Assembly (NCBI RefSeq): GCF_006345805.1 | Contig: NC_043003.1 | Span: forward strand, 22,630,001-22,694,000 | Direction of reading: 5' to 3' | From: Octopus sinensis | Taxonomy: Eukaryota | DNA length: 64,000 nucleotides | Shown: piece after piece, positions 1 through 14,730 of the stretch | How the letters are laid out: each line of letters opens with the position of its first letter | Numbering within the stretch: the first letter of the stretch is position 1 | Program-made: the position numbers and the translations under genes | The notes under the pieces: generated by a model | Seen by the model: the letters and a program-made list of their open reading frames with translations, nothing else | The model's database searches: none | What the model was told of the DNA's origin: nothing

Positions 1-914
1 TTGTGTGTCTGTGTGTTTGTTTGTTGGCTTTGTATCATGTTAAAATGTAGATAAAATGTTCAGCAATCACAAATATATTAAGAATATTGGATTCTTAGCT
101 TTCATGTTTAAATTTGTTTTTGCTGTGGAAATAGAAAATATAATTAGTTAAATGCAATAAAATTATTCATGAAATATAGTTATGCAAAAGAAAAAATTTT
201 AATTTAAAAAGAACTGGTAGAGGTAAAAATCAATGAAAATAATATAGTTTTGTTGACATGTATGAATATTCTAGTAAATATTTTTCTTTTACTGATTCAA
301 TTAAACTGATGATACCTTGCACTTGCAAATTCTTTTGCATGGTCCGGTATTGAAAAAAAATAAGAATAAAAAGAAACACTCCCTCAGAATGTGCACACAA
401 ACAAGTGTCTTCACACATGCACACACTCACACTCACATGCATACACACTAGCACATATATACAAATATGGAGGTACATGCAATTATGCATTCACATGCAA
501 ACACATATACACACCAACACATTTTTGCATCCATACACACACTGATTTTAGTTCTCAAGGCCTTACTTCAGAATCAAATAAAGGCCTAGAGGGAATTAAC
601 TGGTCATATATCCAGGAATGTAGCTTCAAGCAATGCCAAAAATCTAGTCTTTGGCAAAATATTAATTAGTGTTAAAAATAAGTGTCATTTTTTCAAAATG
701 TTTTTTTTTGTCTCATTCAAATATTGATATAATTTTTTTTAGTTTGCTAGAAATAATATGTTTACTAAATAATGGTTAAAGGGTTTAAAAATAAGGTTTA
801 TAAAACTGCACCTAAGTTTGCTAAAAGCTTTTTCCAAGAATATTTTGAACCAATTATGCCATTTGGCTGAAGCTAAACACTGTTACATTCACTTAAACTT
901 TAAACTCATCTTGT

Positions 915-921
915 AATAATG

Positions 922-982
<61 letters not shown>

Positions 983-1049
983 TAATAATAATGATGATGA
1001 TGATGATGATGATGAGATGATGATGATGATGATAATAATAATAATAATG

Positions 1050-1087
<38 letters not shown>

Positions 1088-1500
1088 CCTAAGGATTTAA
1101 ATCAATTATTACATTGATTCCAGTACTCAAGTGATACTTAATTTATCGATCCCAAAAGGATGAAACGCAAAGTCAACCATGGCAGAATTTGAACTCAGAA
1201 TGTGAACTCAGTGGCAGATGAAATATCGTTAAGCATTTCACCCGGAGTGTTAACAATTGTGCCAGCTTGGTAGAAGACATTTGCTATGGTGCCATGCTGA
1301 TAGTAGACATGTTGGTAGAAGAAATTTGCCAAGGTGCCATGCAGTGGACTGAACCCAGAACCATGTGGTTGGGAAGCAAGCTTCTTACCACACAGCCATG
1401 CCTGCACCTATAATAATAATAATAATAATAAAATAATAATAATAATAATAATGATGATGATGATGATGATGATGATGATATAATAATAATAATAATAATG

Positions 1501-1535
<35 letters not shown>

Positions 1536-1935
1536 CCTAAGGATTTAAATCAATTATTACATTGATTCCAGTACTCAAGTGATACTTAATTTATCGATCC
1601 AAAAGGATGAAACGCAAAGTCAACCATGGCAGAATTTGAACTCAGAATGTGAACTCAGTGGCAGATGAAATATCGTTAAGCATTTCACCCGGAGTGTTAA
1701 CAATTGTGCCAGCTTGGTAGAAGACATTTGCTATGGTGCCATGCTGATAGTAGACATGTTGGTAGAAGAAATTTGCCAAGGTGCCATGCAGTGGGACTGA
1801 ACCCAGAACCATGTGGTTGGGAAGCAAGCTTCTTACCACACAGCCATGCCTGCACCTATAATAATAATAATAATAATAATATAATAATAATAATAATAAT
1901 AATGATGATGATGATGATGATGATGATGATAATAT
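915..1935. repeat. Tandem duplication of a SINE-derived unit of about 450 bp, bounded by (AAT)n/(GAT)n microsatellites
   Basis: About 1087-1410 and 1535-1860 are identical apart from single-base homopolymer indels (cccaaaagg vs ccaaaagg; agtggact vs agtgggact). Confidence 0.9.
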
Positions 1936-3593
1936 AACAGTTATTACTGTATGGTGTTGATTGTAATATGTACAAAAAAAAAATCAAAGTACTCAATATT
2001 AATTAAAAGGCTTTTGTTAGAAAAAAGAAGCATACATACAATTAAACTAAATTTTGGTGTATTGCCAGTTTCACAGATTTGCATGGATGCAAAACTACAA
2101 AGTTGTGAAGCTGGCATTATATTATATATCAGATAACAAAGTCTTTCGTTGTATGTCTACTAAACTGGTCACTGATAGTTTTCTTCCAAGAAAGAAATTA
2201 CAAAGATGTTAAGCAAGAATGTGTGAATATAACAGTGTAAGTTCTTTCAAATGTTACAATGACTCTACCAAGATGCAGTTGTTTTAGTCCCAACATATGA
2301 TCTCAGATCAAATTGTTTGCAAAATAACTGCAACTCAAGAATATTTTTATTAAGTTTATTTCTAAAAAAAAAAATCCATAAAACATTCTAAATTTTAATT
2401 AAAATAACTCTTTAAACTTGAAATTTCAGCCTCACCAACATTCATTAAATTTATTCATGTCTTCAGGGTTAATAATAAAAAGAAATAACAATGAATTTAA
2501 AGTTTGTAGATTAAAAGAAATGTTAAAGTTTCAATATTTTAGAAGATTAAGAAAGATATTTTAAAGTTTACTAAAACAATTTAAAATCTATTAAGCAACT
2601 CTAAATTTACTAAAAATGTAACCCTCCAAAAAGAGACGTTTTAACTTTAGTAAAAAAAACCAAAAACCCTGCTGTTTATAAATAGTTTTGGAAAGGAGAA
2701 AAGAATTTTAAAACTGCTATGGAACTTGGTAAAGTTGATTGAAAAAAATTTTTCAAGTTTTTGAAATTTTTATTTTTAACTTTGCATAAGCCATTAGTAA
2801 TATGTTAAGAGAAAGTCATTTATTGTTTTTTGCTATTTTGCCAGGAAAAAGTTTTGTAAAAAGTAAAAAAAAGAACCATCTGAAGAATAATACTGACATT
2901 TTTTTCCGTTTGCTAAATATTCTGTATATATTTGGCAAATATATATATATATATATTTGCTAAAACTTTATACATTGTTTCATCTGAAAAGTTTGTCAGA
3001 AAAAAAGAACAAAAATTAAATTTGGCCCCAAAACACCATAAAATACAATTCTCTGTTAAATAATTCCTTTGCCACTTGTTAAATATCTTTTATGGGCTTT
3101 GTAAAATATTATAGTATTTCTTTTGAAGTGAAGTTTTTTTTTCAAGTACAGAAGTAAATATGCTTTAGCATAATAACAAATAAATATTTATTTCTCCAAC
3201 ATAAATAACTAATCAACTGCTTGCAACTAGACATATCAATCAATGTAACATAAGCACTATGTATTTCAAAGTATGAGACTGTGTGTATATGGCAGGCGGG
3301 GAGGAGATTGATCATGATTTGTGATATTTATGTTTGTACAACAAACATTAATGTTTTCAGTACAAGCAATATAGCGAAACATAAGTGAAGTAGCCACAAA
3401 TGGAAAGTAAGCATGGCCTGCAGACTCGATTTCCCAGATGCTTTTAGTACATATATGATACTGTGGTTGTCCAATGCATATTACAATAAACAATAGTTGG
3501 CAAGTGATTAGTACTTATGATAATGAATCATTTGTGCATCCTATATGGGAAATAGCATGATGAAGAATAACTGAAAAGCAAAGTGATACTGTC

Positions 3594-3655
<62 letters not shown>

Positions 3656-4562
3656 TAATGACGAAAGGCAAACAATTAGGCAATGCAGGACAGGGACATT
3701 GCCTAATTGCGTAATTGTTTGCCATTACTCACTATTTTAACCTATAGCTACTGACTCAAAGGGATGCCACCTCCAGCCCTTCTTGAACAAGACAATCACA
3801 CAATTACAACTTCGACTGTTGTTCTAACTGGAAGTTTGGTGGCACACCTGTTTGAGCACTCAGAATGCACACCTATTAGTTTGAGTCATCCTGGTAAAAA
3901 CTCTTCACATCGTATATATATATATATACAGAGAGAGAGAGATATATGATGATGATGATATATATATATATGTTTGTGTATTGTATATACATTTGTAGTA
4001 GCACACACTCTTCGGAGAAACTTGCTGCACCAGGCCAAATACATTCATCTTGATGGCAAGATCATTTTTGCATATTCTAGAAACGGACGTTCAGATTTTA
4101 ATTAAAATATAAGTATATATGCATAATTAAATAATCAAATTAAATAACCGAATTAGTTAGTCAGGATATTGAAGGAATAATATAAAAAAAAAGAGACAAT
4201 ACTCCTGAATAACAATTGTAATTGGAAGGTCAATTTTCCAAATTGATCAATAAATTTTGAAAGAGTAGAAGAGAGTGAGAAAGTGTGAAGCAAATGAAAA
4301 CAAATTCGGTTTGAAAATTCTTACAAAGAATTAGAATTTGTAAAAAGGAAGTCATTTGAAATATCCTAGTGTTCAAGGAAAAGAAAATCAAAGAAGAAAT
4401 GTATTAACTAATATGCTTAATCACTGTTTGATCATCAATATTGCATCTGATCTATAAGAAATGGTATTGCTAATTAATGGGTTTGTTTTGTTTAAGAAAG
4501 TGCTATATAATTAAAATGTTTGCCAGTCAATCATAAAACTGATTCAGAAAATGAACATTTGT

Positions 4563-4625
<63 letters not shown>

Positions 4626-5371
4626 CCCCTGGATATATATATGTGTGTATATGTATATGTATAGATTTACATATAAATATATATGTATATATATGTGTAT
4701 ATATATAAATTTATATATATGCATATAGACATATATGCATACATATCTGTATATATATATATCCATAATGCATATATACACATGCATAAATACATGCATG
4801 CATGCATGCATATATAAATACATGCAGACATATACACACACATATATGTATATAGATATGTCTATATATATATATATGCACACACACACATACATCCATA
4901 TTTCATATGCATATCTATGTATGTCAGTATATATATGTATATATATTCATGTGTTTTTTTCAGTATAGGTATTTATAAAATAATAAAACATTAATTAAAT
5001 AACTCAAATCATAATTCAATATACAATACCACATTTGTATATGCTTATCCATGTATCTTTTCCCTTGTTATTCCCTAATTTCAAATTCACTTTTGTGATT
5101 GTGCCTCATGTCATGAGGGGGTGGTTATTTCCCTTGTATTAATGGCCATAATTTGAGGGACCCCCCCTCCAATGTATCACATTTATTGTTGCAAGGAAAA
5201 TATTGAAAGTTTTTTTTTATTCTTTTGATGTCATGGGTTCTGCAGTTAGCCAGATATGGTTCCACTCCTTAAAATATGACGTCATTGTCCTTTTGCACAC
5301 ACACACACACGCGCGCGCGCACACCGATAGACACAAACACATGCGCGCACACACACACACACACACGCAAT

Positions 5372-5417
5372 TTACCTGAAGATCTTGTATATCTGGAGGT
5401 GAAACTCAGAGTAGCAA
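5372..5417 (+). ncRNA. Hammerhead-ribozyme-like motif (type I, minimal, degenerate)
   Basis: ttac-CTGAAGA(5376-5382)-weak stem II-GAAA(5401-5404)-CTCAGAG-TA-gcaa. Stem III is ACTC/GAGT and the cleavage triplet is GUA; stem I pairs at 3 of 4 positions. Confidence 0.45.
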
Positions 5418-6249
5418 GCGGCAGACTCAACCAAAATAAAATATAATTAATATCTACTATGGTATTGAGTACTCTTTTTCCTGAAAAGTTGATACTAAAC
5501 AGACATGTGTGAGAAAGAGAGAAAGAGAGAGAGAGAGAGAGTGTGTGTGTGTGTTTCTATGTGTGTGTATGTGAGGGAGCGGAAGAGAGAGAGAAAGAAG
5601 GCAAGAATGACCCACCATAGTTGTTTTCAAAACGATTAGAGACAAACAAGGAGATTACAGAAAATAACATAAGACAAATGATGTATTTGAAGAAATAAAA
5701 AAAAGCACACTAAATACTCAAATAGAAGATATCATTAAGTGAAAGAATTTCCAGCCGTTCATTGACAAAGCAAAAATTACATTTGTTTTGATAAAAGGAT
5801 AGATGTCACTACAATCTTTTCCCGTTGTGTGCAAATGGCATTTATATGCCAATATGCTATCTTGCAGATAGCGTGTTAGTGCTTGTGTATATGTGCAAGT
5901 GTATATATATGTATACATACACATATATATAAATATATACACACACACATATATATGTGTCTACGTATGTATATATATGTATATACACATACATACATAC
6001 ATGCATATATATATATATTTATACACGTACATACATACATATTTACAACTACGTTGTTAGCTAAGCTCTGCATTCATTGAATTTTAGTACATAGAAAATC
6101 ACACCAAGTTCACTAGAGTGGGAGAGCTACAGAATTAGCTTGGATGTGACAAAAATTTCAGGTTTCCATTGTGCATTGACAACAGATGTCTTGTTTGCAT
6201 TTTTTACGTCAGCACCACTCGGTTTGTCACCTGTGGAATCTAACACCTA

Positions 6250-7450
6250 AGCGATTTCAGATGCTAAGTCATTAAGTTTGTGCCTGAAGTGTGGGTGTGT
6301 GTCAGTCAGCATTGGTACTGAGCTGAGGGAATATTGTCATTTTGAGCAAGGAAGGGTTGTCTATCCTGCGTTTCCATGTAAGTCCATTAGAATTTAAGTT
6401 GTCTTTCTGGTTATTGGGGCTATTTAAAGCTCATTAACTGGACGTTGTTTTGATAGAAACAATATGGTACGAATAAGTTTCCTGTTGGTAGATAGTTGTG
6501 GTAGTATACACAGATCCTTAAATTACAAGTTCAAGATGAATAGGGAGAAGTACTATCAAGGATGCCCCATTTGATGTTGGTAAAAAATGCATTTCCATCA
6601 CCCCAGAGTCTCCTGTGGAATCAAAACTGGTGGGTGGAGATTTACAGCTTTCAGTACCTGAAGGATCACTTGCGTAAATTTTCTCTTGAAGTCAATGACT
6701 GTCAAGCCCATGTAGTTTCCTTGCGTACCTTAAAGTAGTGTGAGTACAGTTTTTGAGAATCAGGATCTCCCCAATGGACACTTGGTAGAATTACAATAAT
6801 TACATATTAGGATATGGCTGAGGTTTATGTATCGGAGTGTTCTTCTTTGTTGTAGTGTGCGATGCTGAAAGCCATTTTATCTAGGCATGAGTAACTAATC
6901 TTAGTATTGTGGTAACTAAAACGTTTGTGGTAGTTCCCTTTGCTTGGAAAATGTCTAATTAAAGACATCAGCGTCTAGCTATATCCATGGCAATATCTGG
7001 ATTGTATGGCGGATTAAACCAGTCCACCTTTATAACTTTTATCTGAATTGGGGTACACTAACTTCATTTTAAAGCCTCATCTCACTGAACTTCGTTACAA
7101 TAGCATACAGCCCCCACTGAAAATCTTTCTCTCACTGCCATTTATTAGATTACTATCATAGCAGGGTGGCGGTTGTTGAACTTCCTCTATGTATGTAATT
7201 TTTCCTCGTTAGCTTTTCTGTTGGAGTATAATTGCCAATCTTCAAGAGTTGACTTTGCTTGAGGAGTTATGACAGTTGTATATTAGGACGAAATCTTTGA
7301 AGTTATCTATTAAGTTTTCCTGAAGTTCCATAACGTCGCGGTACATATTTTTGAGATTCTCTAAATATACCAAGTAACTTCATGTAATAGATATATGTTT
7401 AACCCTAATGCCAATGGCACATTTGTAAGCAATGTCATGTCTCAAAGTTG
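6250..7450 (-). mobile_element. Decayed Penelope-like retroelement (RT thumb/linker to GIY-YIG region)
   Basis: Frameshifted minus-strand peptides DWFNPPYNPDIAMDIARR, IRHFPSKGNYHKRFSYHNTKISYSCLDKM and NIKWGILDS match the Penelope-type motifs WFNPPY, HFP...KISYSCM and IKWxIL. Boundaries are approximate. Confidence 0.75.
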
Positions 7451-8442
7451 TTAAATTCTAGAGGGAGCAGATAAAATGGCGCCGCTGGACAAATACCCTC
7501 TACCACGTGAAAGACAAAATATTCACAGGTGTTGTCGCTACATTGTTCTGAAAAATTTGAACTCAAGTGACTAAAGGAAGCAAACAACAATCTCCAATTC
7601 CAAGGTATTTTCGTTTCTCTTCATTTGTATCCTGCTCACCTGTTGAGTCAGACGCGATATTCATCTACGAAATTTTGAGTCATGGAGGGTATGAGATAAC
7701 CATTGAATGAATATTTCTTAATTACCTTTTCATTCGTTTGTACACCCACCTGAATATATTTATACACATACATAAACACTTAGATACATATTTACATGTC
7801 AATGAAAACTGTATAATTATATGTATATATATATTATATATATATATATTATACGTGAATGTATGTGTATATATGCATATACACCTAGATATATACTTAT
7901 GTGTATGTACGGAGTACATACATACACACTCATTTATATATCTGGATATATTTGTATGAAGATACATATTTGTATGTGTGTACGTGTGCACATATATGCG
8001 CACACACACACACGCACACACAAACACACACGCATGCACGCGTGCGCCCACACACACACATACACATATCTATATGTATGCGTTGCTTCGTTTCAGTTGT
8101 CAGGTAATGGCTCATTTTGAATTCTCTCCTTCCATATATACTAATATATATTCCATATATATACTAATATATATATTAGTAGTGCTCAAGAGGTTGTATA
8201 TCGGCCTGCCTAACTTGCTTTATCCTTATATTTACTTATATATATATAATTGGAGGTTAATTTAGCCTTACTAAAGGATAAAAATATCCAATGAATTACC
8301 CGTTCATAGCCTATTATTTTTTTGTGAATCATGATATTCATAACATAATAGGTCTAAATAGGTTTATAAATATTCAAAAGAAAATTCAGAAAATGGAGAT
8401 ATAGCATTAATAGAATTTATTAAATGCAAAAATCCAACATAT

Positions 8443-8525
8443 TCTCTTACAGCTGTTTCAGTTTTGCCTAAAGATTAAATCACAATATTTAAAATGTTGT
8501 ATTAGGTACAATCTCATCAGAGGGG
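8443..8525 (-). ncRNA. Hammerhead-ribozyme-like motif, type I with long stem II and palindromic loop III
   Basis: Minus strand reads cccct-CTGATGA(8520-8514)-54-nt imperfect hairpin-GAAAC-AGCT-GTA(8450-8448)-agaga. The core is intact and stem I is short. Confidence 0.65.
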
Positions 8526-8773
8526 TAGAAAAGATATACCGTTAGGTTATTACGTGTTGTAATAATGAGGATAATCTGGTGCTTGACTGAGGAAAGAAAA
8601 CTTCTTTGTTTCTTTGTATCGTCTATCTAGCTATTGTCCCTTTTAGTATCACCTAGCTGTCCGGGTGTTTTGCGTTCTTGTCCAATTTTGTATTATATAT
8701 ATATATATACACACATATATACACGCACACATATATATACACACATATATACACACACATATATATACATACA

Positions 8774-8845
<72 letters not shown>

Positions 8846-9391
8846 TGTCACAATAGAAATTATTAATTCACATGCATCTGTGGAAATTAACACCATGTAA
8901 ACTGGACTGCTTTTTGTATGTATGTGCAAATATTTAATGCCTTGCATAATACTGTGGTATTATGCTGGTCCCTAGTTTTGCTACTATATTGCTAATTATG
9001 TGATATATGTATTGTTTTATTAGTATTAAAGTTATTAGAAATAAGAACAATGATGTTGGTAGCATTAATGATATTGATAACAGTATTGATGTTAACATTA
9101 ATGACTTTTTGTAAATTAATATAAGGCAATACTGACTCTATATATCTGCATTGAAGTATGAATATGTCTACGTTCTCTACATTGTAATATCTTAATATTA
9201 ATTTGAAAAACATTGAATTTGGAACATATATATATATTTTATTGATTTATATTATTTGTATTATTATGTATATGTATATGTGTATGTATAAGAGTATGAG
9301 TATATGCACTCATATATATATGTAAATGATTTATTATGGGTATGTACCCACACTTATATGAGTATATATGTAATTTGGTTTATACTTTAGA

Positions 9392-9518
9392 ATCTCCGAA
9401 GAGGCCTTAAGATATATTTGTAAATGTCTCATTTTTGACTCCATATTGGCATACTATACATGGCTAATATGGGTAAAATGAGGCATATTTATCTGCATGG
9501 CCGAAACAGCTGTAAGAT
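9392..9518 (+). ncRNA. Hammerhead-ribozyme-like motif, type I with a stem II domain of about 100 nt
   Basis: atct-CCGAAGA(9396-9402; U4 to C)-ggcc...ggcc-GAAAC(9503)-AGCT-GTA(9512-9514)-agat. Stem I (atct/agat) and the base of stem II (ggcc/ggcc) are perfect. The insert folds as tgtctcatttt/aaaatgaggca and ccatattggc/gctaatatgg. Confidence 0.7.
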
Positions 9519-9918
9519 ATAGTGTATATTTATATTTATATCTATTTATATTTATTTGTTTATATCCTCTTATAATGATTGTACCTATTGTATTGTATTA
9601 CTCATTCATGTACTCTGTTTTGTTTAACCTTAATGTTCTTATGTAGTGGTTCAATAAAGTATGTGATTGGGTATTATCTGGTAGTTGATTAATGATTTAG
9701 ATGTATTTCTCCATTTTCTGATTTTGTATATATATATATACATATATACATACATACATATATATATATACATAATACATATATATACATATATACATAC
9801 GTACATACATATATATATATACATACATACATACAATATATATTATATATACATACATACATACATATATATATATATATTCACATACATACATTACACA
9901 CACACACACACACACCAG

Positions 9919-10028
<110 letters not shown>

Positions 10029-10835
10029 CTGATGTGTTGTTGGGGAAATGCTACCTCTATTTCTTCCTGAGAAAAGGAACAAGTTCTTTGAAATTGGTCT
10101 GTACATCTTTCACTGTCAATAATATTTTCATCAGAGATCATAAATAAATCAGATAGTTGCCTATCAGACTGCATGATGTTTTCAAATTGCTTACCATTAA
10201 CTTTAAGTGATTTTTCTGATATTAAGTATGACAGTACCTAGATTGGTCCGATCCAAATTGTCACAAGCCTAACGTTTTGTTTTCAAAACTCTATTGATTT
10301 GCCGATGTAATTTAATTGTATATCACATCTTTGTAAAAATGATATATTCATCAATGAAATAAGTGCAACGGTGCCGAGAATAAACATGAAAATATTTCCA
10401 TTCTTGTATGTTTCAACTTGTACGTACATATGTGTGTGTGTGTGTGAGCATATATATTTGTATGCAGGTATTACACATACACATATGTTTATATACGTGG
10501 ATACACATGTACATACATAGTAGTATGATATACATACATGTATATGTACCTGTGTGTATATATAAGTATATATATATATATTATATTTGTGTATATACAT
10601 ATATGCATACACACACATACATATATATGTATACATGTATGTATATAGATGTATATATATGTGTGTGTATATAAATATTCACTCTCATATTTATGTATGT
10701 ATATATATATGCCCATATTTTTTTCTCATTAACATATAGATATATGTACATACAAGTATATACATATACGTATAGTGTGTGTGTGTGTGTGTATACGTGA
10801 ATATATATCTATATAAATATCTATATAACCTGTTG

Positions 10836-11098
10836 TGTCTGGGGAGAGTCATTCTCTTTTAGTGCCTTATAAATTAACACACTTACCAGTAAAATTTACA
10901 CTAATTAACTAATTTATTTTTCTAAAATTTTCCTTGTTGTTGACTGTTTTCCAATAGTTGTTGACTGTTGAGAATCAACAACTATACAAAAGGTTTCAAG
11001 ACGCAACGAAAATTTTAGAAAAATAAGTAAATGAGTGGAAATTTTACCGGTGGGTGTGTTAAGTAATAAGGCACTAAAAGAGAATGACTCTGCAGACA
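10836..11098. mobile_element. Foldback/MITE-like element with imperfect inverted repeats of about 100 bp
   Basis: tgtctggggagagtcattctcttttagtgccttat...tctaaaattttc (10836-10932) is the reverse complement of gaaaattttaga...ataaggcactaaaagagaatgactctgcagaca (11008-11098). Confidence 0.8.
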
Positions 11099-11173
11099 GA
11101 AAGAATATGCTTCAACGCACGAACTAACATAAAAAATCTTGCAAACCAAATCCAAAAACGAAATATCTATATA

Positions 11174-11227
<54 letters not shown>

Positions 11228-12644
11228 TATATATATATGTACCTCTGCACGTGTTTTATAATAAAACCAATATTCGTATCTATATGAATATTTGTTTCAC
11301 AAATGGAGAAAATATTGCAAACATTTTCCTGTGTAGTAAAATGCAACACTTTACGTGTGACCTTAACTTTATGCTTGAAATCTGAAAGTCTAAAAATATT
11401 TCTTTTATTCTAATGATTCTTAAGTCTTATGTAGTCTATCTTATGCAATATATACTATAGAAGTTTGTAGCTTTCTGATAAGTGAGACATTCATATTTGA
11501 TGTGTGGACAGGGGGCACATTTTGTAATTTTAGAAATAAATTAAAATAAAATAACACACAAAAAACAAGAATAGAAATAAACCATTTCTTAATACTTCTT
11601 AAACATACGTAAATAAATAAATAAATATATATATATATGTGTGTGTGTGTATGTATATATATATATTTAAACATATACTCTCATATAGATATATGTAAAT
11701 ATATATATATATGTATATATATACATATATGTATATATCATATATAATATATTATATATATATATTATAGATATATATAAGCATCAATATACATGCATTT
11801 ACATATGTATTCATATGCATACATATATATGTATACATAAATACACATACATATTTATAAATATATATACATATATATACATAAACAGTTACTTATGTAT
11901 ATACATACATACATACATATATATAAGTACTTATATACGTTAGAAAGAAACAATAAATAACAAAAATAAAAAATAACAACAAAAGATTAATTATTTATTC
12001 ATCCTTGGGCCACACAGTTGTGTGTAACAGAAGATTTATTCATAGTTTCTCACATGACCTTTAATTTCAAAATGGCATATGTAAAAAAAATATATATATG
12101 TATGTGCGTGTATGTGTGTGTATGTATGAATAAAATTTTAAAAACAAAAACAGAAAAAAATTTATATTTGGCTAAAATTATATGTAATTTTACAGCGCCC
12201 CAACTAATGTTAGTATTGAAAAAAAAATAACAAGCTTAAATTTTCTTAAGAGATTAACATCATAGAAAACAACCAAAAAACAGAACAAAACAAACAGAAA
12301 ATAAAGAAACAACAGCAGTTAAATTCTAGATTAACCGCAAAGAATTTTATTAAATGATTTTAGCCATTATAAGCACGGGGTTGAGACGAAAATGTGCAAC
12401 AGGCTCAATGATGGAATTTTAATCTTTTATCTATCATTTGTCTGTTGATTGCTTTACTGCTTATGCTATGGAGCGTCTTCCATTGCCATCATCTCGTACT
12501 AGATTCTATAAATTTATATAATTCAGTTGTATATATATAACAAATATTTTATTTACTATACACAATACATTTATATATTTATGTACTGTTTTAATATTTT
12601 ACTATATGTATATATATATAATGCTATCAAATGCATTAATACTA

Positions 12645-12836
12645 CAGGGTGTTCATAATTATTTTTACAACATCCACAACTTAATGTATTGAAGCTGAGT
12701 TTGGTTGACGTTCTGATGCTTCTAATAAAATTTTATTCCTTTGCCTATGTTTTCCATTAAGTTTTGATGAGTTATCCTTATTTCTAATCTTTCATCTGAA
12801 TTTTTTAGATTGTAAAGATAATTTACGGACACCCAA
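12645..12836. mobile_element. Tc1/mariner-type MITE
   Basis: Flanked by TA. Imperfect TIRs of about 25 bp: cagggtgttcataattatttttac and gtaaagataatttacggacacccaa. Confidence 0.6.
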
Positions 12837-14259
12837 TATATATGTGTTAAATATATAATCTGATATACTTAGTTACTATATATAATATAATTAGATACTA
12901 TATATATTATAAATTTATATATGGTTACTATACATATAATATTAATATAATTAATCATTGTATATAATAAATTGATATATTTTCTAATTATATATAATAT
13001 ATTTGTATATTTAATTTTCTATATGTATATAACAAATACATATAAATCATTACTATACTTAATAAATATATGCAGGAACTATATAAGTATATATAATTAG
13101 CTAATCTATATATATGTGTGTATATAATTAGGCAATATATATATGTATGCATGTATATATATATATGTATATATGTTAATTCTATATACTTAAGTAACTA
13201 TATATAATAAAGTTTTGTTATTAGATACTATAATTAATATATTTATATAAGTACATATTATATATTATAAATGTACATAATTAAGGACTATAAATTTATA
13301 TGACCTAATCTGTGATGATGGACTGGGAGGCACTTAGTGGAAATGATAATGAAGTCACTCAGGAAGCAAGCGATATATAATTTGAGTCCTGTTAGTGGAC
13401 TAGTTACCCTGTTTTCTGTCACAAATATGTACATATAACGTCTAACGTCAAACAACAGCAATGAATTGGTGGGGAATGTTAAAATAATCAATAAAAAAAA
13501 GAAAGAAAACCAAGATTCATATATTCATATATTCTTCACTTTAAAATGAGAAGTAAAAAAAAATGATTAAGAAAAATGAATTTAAAGAATGCAGAAAGAT
13601 AAAGGAATTAGGGTACCATTAGATTTGTGGATACTTAAACTTCTTTCTTTCATGCTTCATAATTTCATTTGTGTCATTGCTATTCTAATTCCTAACTGAC
13701 TGTGAAATATTCTGTTCAGATTTCTATTGATATATATGAGTGCATATGCACATGCATGTATGTATGTATGTATGTATGTATGTATGTATGTATGTATGTA
13801 TGTATGTATGTATGTATGTATGTATGTTAGGTACGTATGTATGTAAATACATACATAAATATGTGTGCATGTGTACAATTATACGTATGTATACATACAT
13901 ATATACATGCATACTTATATATATATATATATATATATAGGTAAACACACAAACAGACGCGTACACATTTTCATCCACAGAGATATGATGTATGTAGTTA
14001 CGTATATTTTTTTAGGATTCTTAGAATTCATTAAAAAATTCATTTCTAATGCAGAACTTTTAACTTTCAACCACTATGGTGTTAAAATTGCATTAAACTC
14101 TGACATGAAGTGTAATATCTTCAATTCCAGAGTAATGTTTGTGACATATGTACATAAATACATACATACATGAATACATACATATACATACATACATACA
14201 TACATATACATGTGTATACACACACACACAGACACATATATATATATACATACAAACAC

Positions 14260-14298
<39 letters not shown>

Positions 14299-14689
14299 TA
14301 AGAATAAGGAATCTGAATAAGGGATATAGGCTGGCTGATTGAGATGTAGCATGTAGAGTATTGAAATTGGAAAAAAAATTGAAAGAATAAAAAGTTTTTA
14401 TACTATAGAAGTTATTCATCTTAGAATTCTAGAACAGGTATGGAATATTAATATAAGTGTATATAAAAAGAAAAAAAACAAGATGCTTTCCCTTTGTTTT
14501 TTTTTTGTTTCAATGTGTGAGCTACGAAAATTGGCAAAGATTTTGGAGAAGTTTTCTATTCATTTAATCATATTGATATTGTTGCCTGTAATTTTTGCAT
14601 TTATTTGTAAAATTCTGCTTTTGTCTATAAGAATTGTTAACTCATTTTATTTTTCAGATTTTATAAATTTTGGAAATGAAAATCTAAAG

Positions 14690-14730
<41 letters not shown>

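Noticed and set aside
3361-3406. 46-nt plus-strand segment between good AG and GTAAG sites
   Set aside because: It has stops in all three frames and no partner exons.
10095-10140. CTGATGA...GAAAGATGTA hammerhead-like motif on the minus strand
   Set aside because: No pairable stem II, and stem I is out of register by one base.
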